Origin: Bacteroidales bacterium
GTDB taxonomy: Bacteria; Bacteroidota; Bacteroidia; Bacteroidales; UBA932
Direction of reading: 5' to 3'
NCBI GenBank assembly: GCA_017934185.1
Contig: JAGBJY010000047.1
Location: forward strand, 49,763 to 113,762
Length of the DNA stretch: 64,000 nt
Shown here piece by piece: positions 11,101 through 19,688 of this stretch; the stretch's first letter is position 1, and each line of letters begins with the position of its first letter. Under the pieces are notes generated by a model. It made no database searches. It worked only from the letters and a program-made list of their open reading frames with translations, and was not told where the DNA came from. The translations under genes and the position numbers were made by a program.

Positions 11101-11381
11101 CCGTGCATGCGCAGGGCCAGCTTGAGGCGGGACTGGTTGGAGTCGTACACGGAGGAGCCCGTTTTCACCAGCAGTCCGGAGAACTGACCGTACAAGGCAT
11201 TGGAAATATCCACTTCGGGGCTCTTATCAAAGAGCGCTGCTCCGGCTTCCTGGTTCACATTGGCCCTGAGGTGGTAGGCATTGCCCAAGGAGATGGAGTC
11301 CAGCAGGGACTTTTCCTGTGCAAAGGCCGCGGTGCCTGCCAGAAGAAGCGGAAGGAAGATATATGTAAACAGTTTTTTCAT
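8169..11381 (-). CDS. susC: SusC/RagA TonB-dependent transporter with fused C-terminal OmpA-like peptidoglycan-binding domain
   Basis: Signal peptide MKKLFTYIFLPLLLAGTAAFA (ATG 11381). Plug motif IENITVLKDAAAAALYGVKGANGVIMITTKRG, PGDLKYRDQNGDGVVD, barrel end WAGVKLDF. A further ~159 codons follow, with GYADTATG...NSSLSERRAAVV...NRVA. Confidence 0.93.
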   Translation of the reverse strand: MKKLFTYIFLPLLLAGTAAFAQEKSLLDSISLGNAYHLRANVNQEAGAALFDKSPEVDISNALYGQFSGLLVKTGSSVYDSNQSRLKLALRMHGHSPLVLVDGYPRNVDDLTGIEIENITVLKDAAAAALYGVKGANGVIMITTKRGQDSPLKVTANYHYGYVTAFRAPEFADAYTYGFFMNEARSLDGLPAKYSEGELLALYSGQYPYAYPNVNWWNEVYRNHGDNHRAQFTFTGGNKNFRYFAAVDYVKEDFLYRKATTDDRYNANHYDNRLGIRANVDVNITASTSMKIGVMARLAEFNKGNYSGRLESVLYGLPAAAFPVKQVDGTYGGSSIYGTSNPVAMLNDTGSKQYSQTKVLADVLLRQDLGMLVPGLWADVNVAFDYIGRLSEDATKEYRYSELVSSVATEGDRSYILSEQLYYGVNSKVVDFSHWFSSLQMKFELQGRLNWARDFGKNHLEAHAGYRQRSWILSGQNNSSKTQEVLGSVSYNWNERLFADVVANWSGSAYLPKGQRFHVYPAVSIAGVILPGDPYIKAYASAGLSGSDDDMEHELWRQRYVSGNGYYFNPDSSNSGRKEGDMAAVTLAPELSSKVTAGVDMRFFGNRLGLNAEGFLEKRSNILIDPSNVSEVIGIGLNEQSLGEQSYKGFDLALSWDDKAGDFQYGAYANGGWLFTKVINDGQAFQQYDYLYHAGNRVGQRYGLEVIGIFQNQVEINNSPRQTFGEVRPGDLKYRDQNGDGVVDSQDVVRMFGSSTPLLQFGFGLHAGWRGLKVYADFQGVTGVTINLLDSPLYQPLVSNGTISNTFLNREITWAPDRAEVATMPRLTTQENNNNYRNNSLWYRDGSFIKLRNAGISYTLPKDWLRICEATVYVMGTNLFSLDNIHFADPEQLGAYYPSLRTIWAGVKLDFGAGEAIKRAKKAKAPAVEPYVPQVVEKIVEVEKEVVKEVPVEVVKEVPAKTLKGLYEDDLFFVIGKAELRPDEAFKLGKICQLLKDNPDAKITITGYADTATGTPAINSSLSERRAAVVAGKLMSEGVAASRILSSSTGADRDASASPESNRVAVCIVK

Positions 11382-11400
11382 CTTCGGGTACATTTTTAGA

Positions 11401-13227
11401 TTACCAACCCGGATTTTGAGTCATGCCGTAGTTCTTGTTGATCTCCACGGCAGGGATGGGTGCGAAATACCATTTGGTATCCCAGTCGGTATACCACTTG
11501 CGCGGCGGATAGGCTTCCTTCTCCTTGAAAGTGAAGGAGGTGGCCTCTTTCTGCTTGTTGCCGATGGAAGTGAGGCCGCGGAGCGGGGTGGTGAAGGCCT
11601 TGGTGAGGCCCCAGCGCACCATGTCAAACCAGCGCACTTCCTCAAAGCCGAATTCCAGTTCACGCTCCAGCAGCAGGGCTTCGCGGAACTCTTCCTGCGT
11701 CAGGCCTTCGGGCAGGCCGGGCAGGCCCACGCGGGCACGGACGGCGTTCACCCAGGTATAAGCCTTGTCGGAGGGGCCGCCATCGGCCTCGTTGTAAGCC
11801 TCGGCCGCGTTCAGGAGCACTTCGGCAAAACGCATCAGGCACCAGTGCGGCGGCAGGCTGCGGTCGCCGCTCTGCTGGAGGATGTATTTCATCTCCAGGA
11901 AGCCGGGGCAGCCGTCACCATGGCCGTAAGAATTGTCATAGGCAGGGCCCACGGTGCCGTTGTTCCAGATGTCACCGGGAACGGCAATGTTCTCATACAG
12001 ACGGGGATCGCGGGTTTCGGTGAAAGTCTCGCTGCCCACCTTGAGGGTGCCGTTGGGATCCGGACGGAAGAACGGATACTCGGGCCAGTCGGCCTTGGTC
12101 TCCCAGGGGAAATCCTCCGGGAAGGGAGTGCCGTCGGCCCAGGAGAACTTGTTCACCCAATCCAGGGAAGCACCGCAGCCGAAGTCGTCGGTGACGTCAA
12201 TGTGCTTGTCATGGAAGCTGCCGCTGTTGGATTTGCGCACGGAGATGATGGTCTCGGTGGTGCCGCGCTCGAAGTAGCCCTTGCGGTAGGCCAGGCGGTA
12301 GGCGCGCGGAGAGATGGCGCCCGTGTTGTCCGGGGTGGCCTGCACCAGGGCGTAATAACCATTGGAGAGCTGCTCGCGCATGAATTCGTCGGCAGCGGCC
12401 TTGGCCTTCTGCCAGCGGTCGGCGCTATAGTTGGTATAGCAGGTGTACTCGTTGGCCTGGGGGTGCCAGAGCTTGTCGGAGTTCAGGGTGGGAGAAGCGG
12501 CGTAGCACAGGATGCGGAGCTTGATGCCCAGGGCGGCGGCGCGGGTGAGGCGGCCGTCATCGGCGGCGCTCACGCTCCAGGGAAGGTCCGGGGCGGCTTC
12601 GTCGCAGAGCTTCACAATATAGTCGATGGTCTGAGCAAACGTATTGCGGGGGTAGTTCATCTCCTCGTCGGTGCGCACGGCGTGGTCCAGGATGGGAACT
12701 CCGCCCACGTAACGGACCATGTTGGCATAGGCAATGGCCATCACCATCTTGGCCTCGGCCTTCTTCTGGGCCAGGAGGACGGGATCGGCACCCGGGATGC
12801 GGTCGGCGTTCTCCAGGAACAGCCAGGCGTAGCGGATGGCCGAATAGTCGGTCTCACTGCCAAAACGGTAGGTTTCACTGCCCACGGCATGGCCGGACAT
12901 GTTGGCGCCCAGACCGCCGTTGTAATAGAGGTCGTTGGGGCCGTCGCCTTCCGTGTGCTTGTTGGAGATATAGTGGTCGGTAATGGACTCCAGGAAGTCG
13001 GACCCCATCTTGTTGTCCAGGCTGGTCACCAGGCCGTAAGGCAGGTAATAGTAGGCCTGGGCCAGCACTTTGTCCGCGTCCTTGAGGGAGGCGAACAGGG
13101 TGTCCAGGGTGGCGCCGGAGGTTTCCGGGGCGCGGGACAGACCGGCATCGCCCAGTTTCAGGCTTTCACAGGCGACCAAACCTGCGGCAAGCAGGGCAAT
13201 TGTCAAAACTTCAATAAATCTTTTCAT
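11401..13227 (-). CDS. susD: SusD/RagB family nutrient-binding lipoprotein (pair 1)
   Basis: Lipobox GLVAC; motifs RDPRL, MRFAEVLLNAAEA, ERELEFGFEEVRWFDMVRW, PIP..EIN...MTQNPGW. Confidence 0.95.
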   Translation of the reverse strand: MKRFIEVLTIALLAAGLVACESLKLGDAGLSRAPETSGATLDTLFASLKDADKVLAQAYYYLPYGLVTSLDNKMGSDFLESITDHYISNKHTEGDGPNDLYYNGGLGANMSGHAVGSETYRFGSETDYSAIRYAWLFLENADRIPGADPVLLAQKKAEAKMVMAIAYANMVRYVGGVPILDHAVRTDEEMNYPRNTFAQTIDYIVKLCDEAAPDLPWSVSAADDGRLTRAAALGIKLRILCYAASPTLNSDKLWHPQANEYTCYTNYSADRWQKAKAAADEFMREQLSNGYYALVQATPDNTGAISPRAYRLAYRKGYFERGTTETIISVRKSNSGSFHDKHIDVTDDFGCGASLDWVNKFSWADGTPFPEDFPWETKADWPEYPFFRPDPNGTLKVGSETFTETRDPRLYENIAVPGDIWNNGTVGPAYDNSYGHGDGCPGFLEMKYILQQSGDRSLPPHWCLMRFAEVLLNAAEAYNEADGGPSDKAYTWVNAVRARVGLPGLPEGLTQEEFREALLLERELEFGFEEVRWFDMVRWGLTKAFTTPLRGLTSIGNKQKEATSFTFKEKEAYPPRKWYTDWDTKWYFAPIPAVEINKNYGMTQNPGW

Positions 13228-13239
13228 GGTTCGCCGGGT

Positions 13240-16200
13240 TTAGAAAGTGATGTTGATAGCCAGGTTGTAGGTCTTCACCAGCGGGTATTCACCGTCGGAG
13301 TCATCGGCACGGGCCTCAGGATCCTGCAAGGTCATCTTGGAGAAGGTGAAGAGGTTGTAACCCGTGAACATCAGGCCCAGGGAGCTGATGCCGATTTTCT
13401 TGAAGAACTTGTTCTGGGAGAAGGTATAGCCGAAGCTGGCGCTCTTCAGACGCAGGTAGCTGGCATCCACGGTCCAGAGGGTGGAGTTCATGGAGTTCCA
13501 GGGATAGTTGGTCTTGGTGAAGCGCGGGAGCGTTCCGTCTTCGCGGCCGGGCGCCCAGCCGTTGTCGTTGGGAATCCAGCTGTTTTCGGCAAAGTAGCTC
13601 AGGAGGCCGCGGTGGCCGGAGTTGGTGAAAGGAATGCGGTAGTCCATGTTCCACACGCGGTTCACGTTGGTGGCGGCCACCCAGTTCAGGTTCAGGTTGA
13701 AGCCCTTGTAGCCGAACTTCCAGTTGGAACCGAACACATATTCCGGGCGGTCGGGATAACCGTCCACCTGCATGTCGTTGCCGTCAACGATGCCGTCACC
13801 GCTGAGGTCGGCATACATACAGTCGCCGGGATACACCACGGTGCTGGGCTGCGGCAGGTTGGGATTCAGGCGCTGCACGCCGTTTTCGTCAATATAGAAG
13901 TCGCTCTTCTGGTACAGGCGCTCGAACTTGTACAGCATGTACCGGCCCGTAGAGCCGCCCGTGCGCTTCTGGTATTCGTACTCGGGCTCCACCTCGTCCA
14001 TGAACACAATCTTGTTGCGGGCGAAGGTAACGTTGGCGTTGAGGTCGTAGGTAAAGTTGCCGATATGGTCTTTCCAGCCCAGTTCCACTTCGAAACCCTT
14101 GTTGTCCACAACACCCAGGTTCATGTTGGCCGGGGTGAAGGAGATGATGGAAGGCAGGGAGGTAGGGGAGATGAGGATACCGGTACGGTGCTCGGTGAAC
14201 AGGTCGCCGGAGAAATGCAGGCGGTAGTTGAACATGTCAAAGTCCAAACCCACATTGCTCTTGAGGGCGGTTTCCCAGGTAACGCCCTGGTTGCCGGGGG
14301 TGCCCATGGCATAACGCGGCACACCGTCGGTCTTACCGGCGCCGAAGTAATAGGCGCCGTCCTCGGTCCAAACCCCCTCCATGTACATGAAGCGGGCCGA
14401 TGACCCCTTGTCGCTACCAACCAGACCGGTGGAAGCGCGGAGCTTGAGGAAGTCTATCCAGCGGACGTTTTTCATGAACTTCTCTTCGCTCACCACCCAG
14501 CCCAGGGAGGCGGAGGGGAAGAAACCGTAACGGGTCTTGCCGGGGGCGAAGTTCTCGGAGCCGTTGTAACCGGCGCTCACGTCTACCAGGTATTTGTCTT
14601 TGTAGCCGTAAGTAAGGCGGCCCACAAAGCCCACATAGCCGTTGGGGAGCCAGGCGTAATACTTGGGATAGTAGTCGCGGGACTGGTTGTACAGCAGCAG
14701 GCCGCTCACGGCGTGCTTGCCGGCGAACTTGCGGCTGTAGTCAAGGCGGGCTTCCAGGTACCAGCTCTTGTCGTCGGAAGTGCTCTCCGAGTAGCCCAGG
14801 GTGGGCTCGCTGCCCGAAAGCACCAGCACATAGGTGCGGTCAAAGGCAGGGTCGTTGATGGGGAGGCCCGAGTCGTTGGCCCAGGAGGCGTACTCGATGG
14901 TCTGGTGGATACCGCCGGAACCGGAACGCTTCTTGGTGAGGGCCATGGTGGTGTCATAGCTGCCCCGGATGCTGGCGCTGAGGCCCTGGGTGATGAAGTC
15001 CAGGCGCTGGGTAAGGGTCATGTCCATGCCCAGGGTGGTCTTGTACTTGTTCTGGTAACCGGTCCAGTAGTAGTACTCCCAGCCGTTCCACTTGGTAAGG
15101 GCGTCCGGCAGGGCCTGGGTGGAAACCACCGTCACAGGCAGGCCGTTCACCGTACCGGGGGACGCGGTAGGATGGGACCACAGCATGGAACGCATCCAGA
15201 TATTATCGGCCCCGGCAATGGGTTCCTGCTGGTTGCCGATAACCCCGCTGATGTTGAACTTCATGTCCGTGGTTTCGGTGAGCTTGAAGTCCAGGTTGGC
15301 GCGGTAGTTATAACGCGTGTAGGAGAAGTTGTTGTCGTAGGTGACACCGGGAATCTGCTTGAGCAGTCCGTTCTGGTACAGGAAACCCACAGAAACAAAG
15401 TAGCGCACTTTGTCGGAGCCGCCGCTGATGTTGATGTTGTTCTTGGTCTGGAGGAAGGCCTTGCGGAACATTTCCTCATTCCAGTGGGTGTTGGGGAACA
15501 TCAGGGGGTCGCTGCCGCTGCGGTAGGCCTCGATGGCTTCCGGGGTAAAGAACTGCTTGGTGTCCGTAATGCCGTCATTCTGCTTGTACACATTGTAGTA
15601 GCGGGCAAAATCGTAGCTGTCGCACTGGGTAATGTAGGACATGGGCACCTGCACACCGGTGATGGAGCTCACGGAAATCTTGGGCTTGCCGGCATCACCG
15701 CGCTTGGTTGTGATAATGACCACACCGTTGGCACCGCGCACACCGAACACGGCGGTGGAGGCGGCGTCCTTCAAGATGGACAGGCTCTCGATTTCGTTGG
15801 GGTCTACAGTGTTCATGGGGCGCTCCACGCCGTCCACCAGGATGAGCGGGGAGGAGGCTCCGTCGGAGAGGGAGCTCACACCACGGATGTAAATCTGGGC
15901 GTCATCCTCACCGGGTTTACCGGAAAGCTGCACCGTGGAAACACCCGGCATCTGGCCGGCCAGCACATTGGTCACGTCGGCCACAGGGGCTTTGGTCAGT
16001 ACTTTGGCATCGATGGCGGTGAGGGCGCCCGTAACCGTGGCCTTGGTCTGTGTACCATAGGCCACCACCACGGTTGCTTCCAGGGTCTGGGTGTCGTCCC
16101 GGAGCACAACGGTGAGGTTGCGCTGTTTTCCCACCTGTACCTGCCTGGTTTCGTATCCCAGGGCCGATACTTCCAGTACAGCAGTCTCGCCGGGAACGGT

Positions 16201-16410
16201 AAGGGAGAACTTACCGTCCATATCGGCAGCCACACCGGTGGTGGTTCCCTTGATGGTAACCCCGGCACCGATGACCGGCAAGCCGTCCCCGTCCACCACA
16301 CTACCTGTTACGGTAATGCCCTTCTGGGCCGATGCATCAAAGCACCAGAGGCCCGTCAGGAGGCACAGGGCAGCAGCCAGTCTTACTAAATGGACTACTT
16401 TCTGTTTCAT
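13240..16410 (-). CDS. susC: SusC/RagA TonB-dependent transporter (canonical)
   Basis: N-terminal carboxypeptidase-regulatory-like domain (VTGSVVDGDGLPVIGAGV), plug motif IESLSILKDAASTAVFGVRGANGVVIITTKRG, C-terminal LAINITF. Confidence 0.96.
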   Translation of the reverse strand: MKQKVVHLVRLAAALCLLTGLWCFDASAQKGITVTGSVVDGDGLPVIGAGVTIKGTTTGVAADMDGKFSLTVPGETAVLEVSALGYETRQVQVGKQRNLTVVLRDDTQTLEATVVVAYGTQTKATVTGALTAIDAKVLTKAPVADVTNVLAGQMPGVSTVQLSGKPGEDDAQIYIRGVSSLSDGASSPLILVDGVERPMNTVDPNEIESLSILKDAASTAVFGVRGANGVVIITTKRGDAGKPKISVSSITGVQVPMSYITQCDSYDFARYYNVYKQNDGITDTKQFFTPEAIEAYRSGSDPLMFPNTHWNEEMFRKAFLQTKNNINISGGSDKVRYFVSVGFLYQNGLLKQIPGVTYDNNFSYTRYNYRANLDFKLTETTDMKFNISGVIGNQQEPIAGADNIWMRSMLWSHPTASPGTVNGLPVTVVSTQALPDALTKWNGWEYYYWTGYQNKYKTTLGMDMTLTQRLDFITQGLSASIRGSYDTTMALTKKRSGSGGIHQTIEYASWANDSGLPINDPAFDRTYVLVLSGSEPTLGYSESTSDDKSWYLEARLDYSRKFAGKHAVSGLLLYNQSRDYYPKYYAWLPNGYVGFVGRLTYGYKDKYLVDVSAGYNGSENFAPGKTRYGFFPSASLGWVVSEEKFMKNVRWIDFLKLRASTGLVGSDKGSSARFMYMEGVWTEDGAYYFGAGKTDGVPRYAMGTPGNQGVTWETALKSNVGLDFDMFNYRLHFSGDLFTEHRTGILISPTSLPSIISFTPANMNLGVVDNKGFEVELGWKDHIGNFTYDLNANVTFARNKIVFMDEVEPEYEYQKRTGGSTGRYMLYKFERLYQKSDFYIDENGVQRLNPNLPQPSTVVYPGDCMYADLSGDGIVDGNDMQVDGYPDRPEYVFGSNWKFGYKGFNLNLNWVAATNVNRVWNMDYRIPFTNSGHRGLLSYFAENSWIPNDNGWAPGREDGTLPRFTKTNYPWNSMNSTLWTVDASYLRLKSASFGYTFSQNKFFKKIGISSLGLMFTGYNLFTFSKMTLQDPEARADDSDGEYPLVKTYNLAINITF

Positions 16411-16413
16411 TGG

Positions 16414-18531
16414 TTAGTGAATTAGGTTAATTTTATTATTGTTAATCAATACATCGGGTTTGTTGCGGAGGCTGTTCCAGCCGCCCAGCACATTGTAGAG
16501 GAAGTACACCTGAACGCTGTGGGCGCCTTTTTCCAGCACCAGTTCGCTGTCCTGGTGGGAAAAGCGCTTCACCGCCGCACCGTTGTCAATGACAAGGCGG
16601 CCGTCTATCCAAACCTCATCGCAGTCGGAGGAGAAGCGGTATACGCCGGTCTCGGGCACCTTGAAAGCGCCCTTGGCCCTGGCGGCATAGAAGCGGGTGC
16701 TGTCCGGCAGGTTGCGGTTGAAAGGTTCCAGGGTGGCCAGGTCCCGCAGGCGCTCGATTTTGACGGGCGTCCAGGTGGCGTCTTTGGTGTCGGCCACGGT
16801 GCAGAAACGGCCGTCGGCACGCTCCGCGGTGAGACCCCCGATCAAGTCGGGGGTGACGGATGGCCAGGGGGCCATCTTGGTAAGGCTGATGGTGCGGACG
16901 GTGCTCAACTTGCCGTAGGAGGTAAGGGAGGCCACTTTTACCACGGCGCTTTCCGCAAAGCGCAGCGGGGCCGTATACCGGGCCGATGACGCCGTGGGCT
17001 CACTGCCGTCCAGTGTGTAGACAACGGCTTTCACGGGACGGGTGGTGGTGAGCTCCAGGGTGGTCTCCTCCTGGAAGGCCAGGCGGTCACAGGAGCCGCC
17101 GGGCTGCTCCGGGATGGGGATGTGGTAGTTCACGCCCCGCTTGTCAAGTGCCTGGCAGGCTTTGTCCACGCGGGTGCGGAAGCTCTCCCAGTCCTTCTTT
17201 TCCTTGGGTGTCCAGGCGGTCTCCGCCACGGCAAAGGCGCGCGGGAACAGCATGTACTGCCGGTGGCTCACGGAATAAACGTATTCGCTCCAGTTGTTGC
17301 ACTGAAGGCCCAGCACAAAGTGCTCTTTGCCGTTTTTGGTGAGTTCTTCCGGCACAGGGTCGTACTTGTAAGCCTTCTCCAAAGTGGTGTAATTGCCGAT
17401 GGACACGGGCTCCACCTTGGGGTCTCCCTGCACATGGTCCAGGTACATGCCGGCCTTGGAGGGGGTCATGATGACGTCGTGACCGGCAAGGGCCGCCTTG
17501 ATGCCGCCGCTTTCCCCGCGCCAGCTCATCACCGTGGCATTGGGGGAAAGGCCGCCTTCCAGGATTTCGTCCCAGCCGATGAGCTTGCGGCCCCTCTGGG
17601 CCAGAATCTTTTCCATGCGGCGGATGGCATAGCTCTGGAGCTTTTCTTCGGCGGTGCCGTCCTTATCGGCCACCAGGCCCTCGGCCTTGATGCGGGCCTG
17701 ACAGTCCGGGCACTGCTCCCATTTGGTTTTGAGGCACTCGTCGCCGCCCACGTGGAAATAAGTGCCGGGAAAGAGAGCAACTACCTCATCCACAACATCT
17801 TCCAAGAACTTGAAGGTGAATTCACTGCCGGGGCAGAACACAATGTCCGGGGAGCCCCAGGTAATCTGCGGGTGCACCGTTTCCTTGGTGCAGGAAAGGG
17901 CCGGATAAGCGGCAATGGCGGCCAGGGCATGGCCGGGCATTTCAATTTCCGGCACCACGGTCACAAAGCGCTCGGCGGCGTAGGCCACTACATCGGCAAT
18001 TTCTTCCTGGGTGTAATAGCCCTTTTCCACGGAGCCGTCAAACTCCGTGCGGATGGCGCCCACCTCGGTGAGGCGGGGATATTTCTTGATTTCGATGCGC
18101 CAGCCCTGGTCGTCGGTGAGGTGCCAGTGCATGACGTTCATCTTGTAGGAACTCAGGATATCTATCTGCTGCTTAATCTCCTCAACGCTAAGGAAATGGC
18201 GGCAGGGGTCTATGTGGAAACCGCGCCAGGCAAAGCGGGGGTAATCCGTGATTTTCACGCAAGGGATGCGGCCGTTCTCTTCCAGCTGCTCCAGGGTTTT
18301 GCGCGCGTAGAAAAGGCCCGCCTCGGTGGAAGCCACGGCCTTCACGCGCGAGCGCGTGACCTCCAGGGTATAGCCTTCGGCCGGAAGAGGGCAGGAAGGG
18401 TCCAGCCGGAATTCGATTTTATCCTCGGAGGGGGGGGCAAGTTTAAACGAGCCGCCCCGCACCTGCATCTGGGCAGGGGCGGGAATCACCTGAAGCAGGC
18501 TGGCCAGTATGAGGGCGGCGAGGCTTGTCAT
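16414..18531 (-). CDS. GH20 beta-N-acetylhexosaminidase with Fn3-associated and PA14-like C-terminal domains
   Basis: DYPRFAWRGFHID, HWHLTDDQGWR, PEIEMPGHA, catalytic HVGGDE; YTLDGSEPT (Fn3-associated). Confidence 0.93.
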   Translation of the reverse strand: MTSLAALILASLLQVIPAPAQMQVRGGSFKLAPPSEDKIEFRLDPSCPLPAEGYTLEVTRSRVKAVASTEAGLFYARKTLEQLEENGRIPCVKITDYPRFAWRGFHIDPCRHFLSVEEIKQQIDILSSYKMNVMHWHLTDDQGWRIEIKKYPRLTEVGAIRTEFDGSVEKGYYTQEEIADVVAYAAERFVTVVPEIEMPGHALAAIAAYPALSCTKETVHPQITWGSPDIVFCPGSEFTFKFLEDVVDEVVALFPGTYFHVGGDECLKTKWEQCPDCQARIKAEGLVADKDGTAEEKLQSYAIRRMEKILAQRGRKLIGWDEILEGGLSPNATVMSWRGESGGIKAALAGHDVIMTPSKAGMYLDHVQGDPKVEPVSIGNYTTLEKAYKYDPVPEELTKNGKEHFVLGLQCNNWSEYVYSVSHRQYMLFPRAFAVAETAWTPKEKKDWESFRTRVDKACQALDKRGVNYHIPIPEQPGGSCDRLAFQEETTLELTTTRPVKAVVYTLDGSEPTASSARYTAPLRFAESAVVKVASLTSYGKLSTVRTISLTKMAPWPSVTPDLIGGLTAERADGRFCTVADTKDATWTPVKIERLRDLATLEPFNRNLPDSTRFYAARAKGAFKVPETGVYRFSSDCDEVWIDGRLVIDNGAAVKRFSHQDSELVLEKGAHSVQVYFLYNVLGGWNSLRNKPDVLINNNKINLIH

Positions 18532-19688
18532 CGCATGAGTTCTTTTACAATTTGTCCTATTTCGGCATTTTCATGCACGCCGGCAAAGCGTTCGGCACCC
18601 GGGCCGAAGGCAAAAACCGGCACCACAATGCCGTCGTGGCCCTTGGTGGAGAAGTGCACCTTCACCGTGCGCTCCTCGATGCTGCCCTTGAGGAGGGTGA
18701 GACCGCCGGTGTTGTGGTCGGCGGTAACTACCACCAGGGTCTGTCCGTCACGTTCGGCCCATTCCAGCACAGCGCCGATAACCTTATCAAAATCAAAGAG
18801 TTCCTCGCACATGTAGCCCACTTTGTTGCGGTGGGCCCAGTCGTCAATCTGGGAACCCTCCACCATGAGGAAGAAGCCCTTCTTGTTGTCCAGCATCCGG
18901 ATGGCCTTCATAGTGCTTTCCATGAGGATGGGGCCGCGGTCCAGGGCGGGTTTGAGGTCGTATTCGTCGTAGAGGCCCAGGAATTTGTCCCCGGGGGCAT
19001 CGGCAATGTCTTCCAGCTTGTCCACGTAGGTATAGCCAATGGCCTTCATCTCTTCAATGAGGTTGCGGCCGTCAGAGCGCTGGTTCCAGAAATGGGTGCC
19101 GCCGCCGGAAATGAAGTCCACCCCGCAGCCCACATACTGGGCGGCCAGGCCTTCCTCATCCCCCCGGGAAGGGCCGTGCACGCAGAAATCGGCCGGGGTG
19201 GCGTCGTTGATGCGGCAGGTTACCGTGACGCCCGTTTTCATGCCCTTTTTCATGGCATAATGGAGGTTGGACGCTATGGGCTCCGCGTTTTCATCGATGC
19301 CGATGTAGCCGTACTTGGTCTTCTGCCCGCTGGAAAGGGCGGTGCCGCCGGCGCAGGAGTCGGTGACCAGGCGGTCTGTGCAATAGGTGCGGGAATAGCC
19401 CGCCACGGGCATCTGGTCAATGTTGAGGGCGCCGCCGTTGGCTACCCAGCCCACGCTCCACTGGCTGAGGCCGGTGCCGTCGCCGATGAGGAAAATCACG
19501 TTCTTTACCTTCTTCCCCTTGGGCTGCTGCACCCGGACGGTGGCATAGGGGGTTTCCACCTTATACTGGTCGTCCTTGGAGAAGGAGTAAGTGGCGTATT
19601 TGGAGCGGTCCCGGTCCAGGGAATCGGGGACCTGGGCCACAAGCGGCAGGCTGCAAAGAGCCAGCAGAAGGCAAGTCAGACGTTTCAT
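18528..19688 (-). CDS. Alkaline phosphatase (PhoA family), secreted
   Basis: KNVIFLIGDG, catalytic TDSCAGGTA, ATPA, FFLMVEGSQIDDWAH, VTADH; signal peptide. Confidence 0.92.
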   Translation of the reverse strand: MKRLTCLLLALCSLPLVAQVPDSLDRDRSKYATYSFSKDDQYKVETPYATVRVQQPKGKKVKNVIFLIGDGTGLSQWSVGWVANGGALNIDQMPVAGYSRTYCTDRLVTDSCAGGTALSSGQKTKYGYIGIDENAEPIASNLHYAMKKGMKTGVTVTCRINDATPADFCVHGPSRGDEEGLAAQYVGCGVDFISGGGTHFWNQRSDGRNLIEEMKAIGYTYVDKLEDIADAPGDKFLGLYDEYDLKPALDRGPILMESTMKAIRMLDNKKGFFLMVEGSQIDDWAHRNKVGYMCEELFDFDKVIGAVLEWAERDGQTLVVVTADHNTGGLTLLKGSIEERTVKVHFSTKGHDGIVVPVFAFGPGAERFAGVHENAEIGQIVKELMR

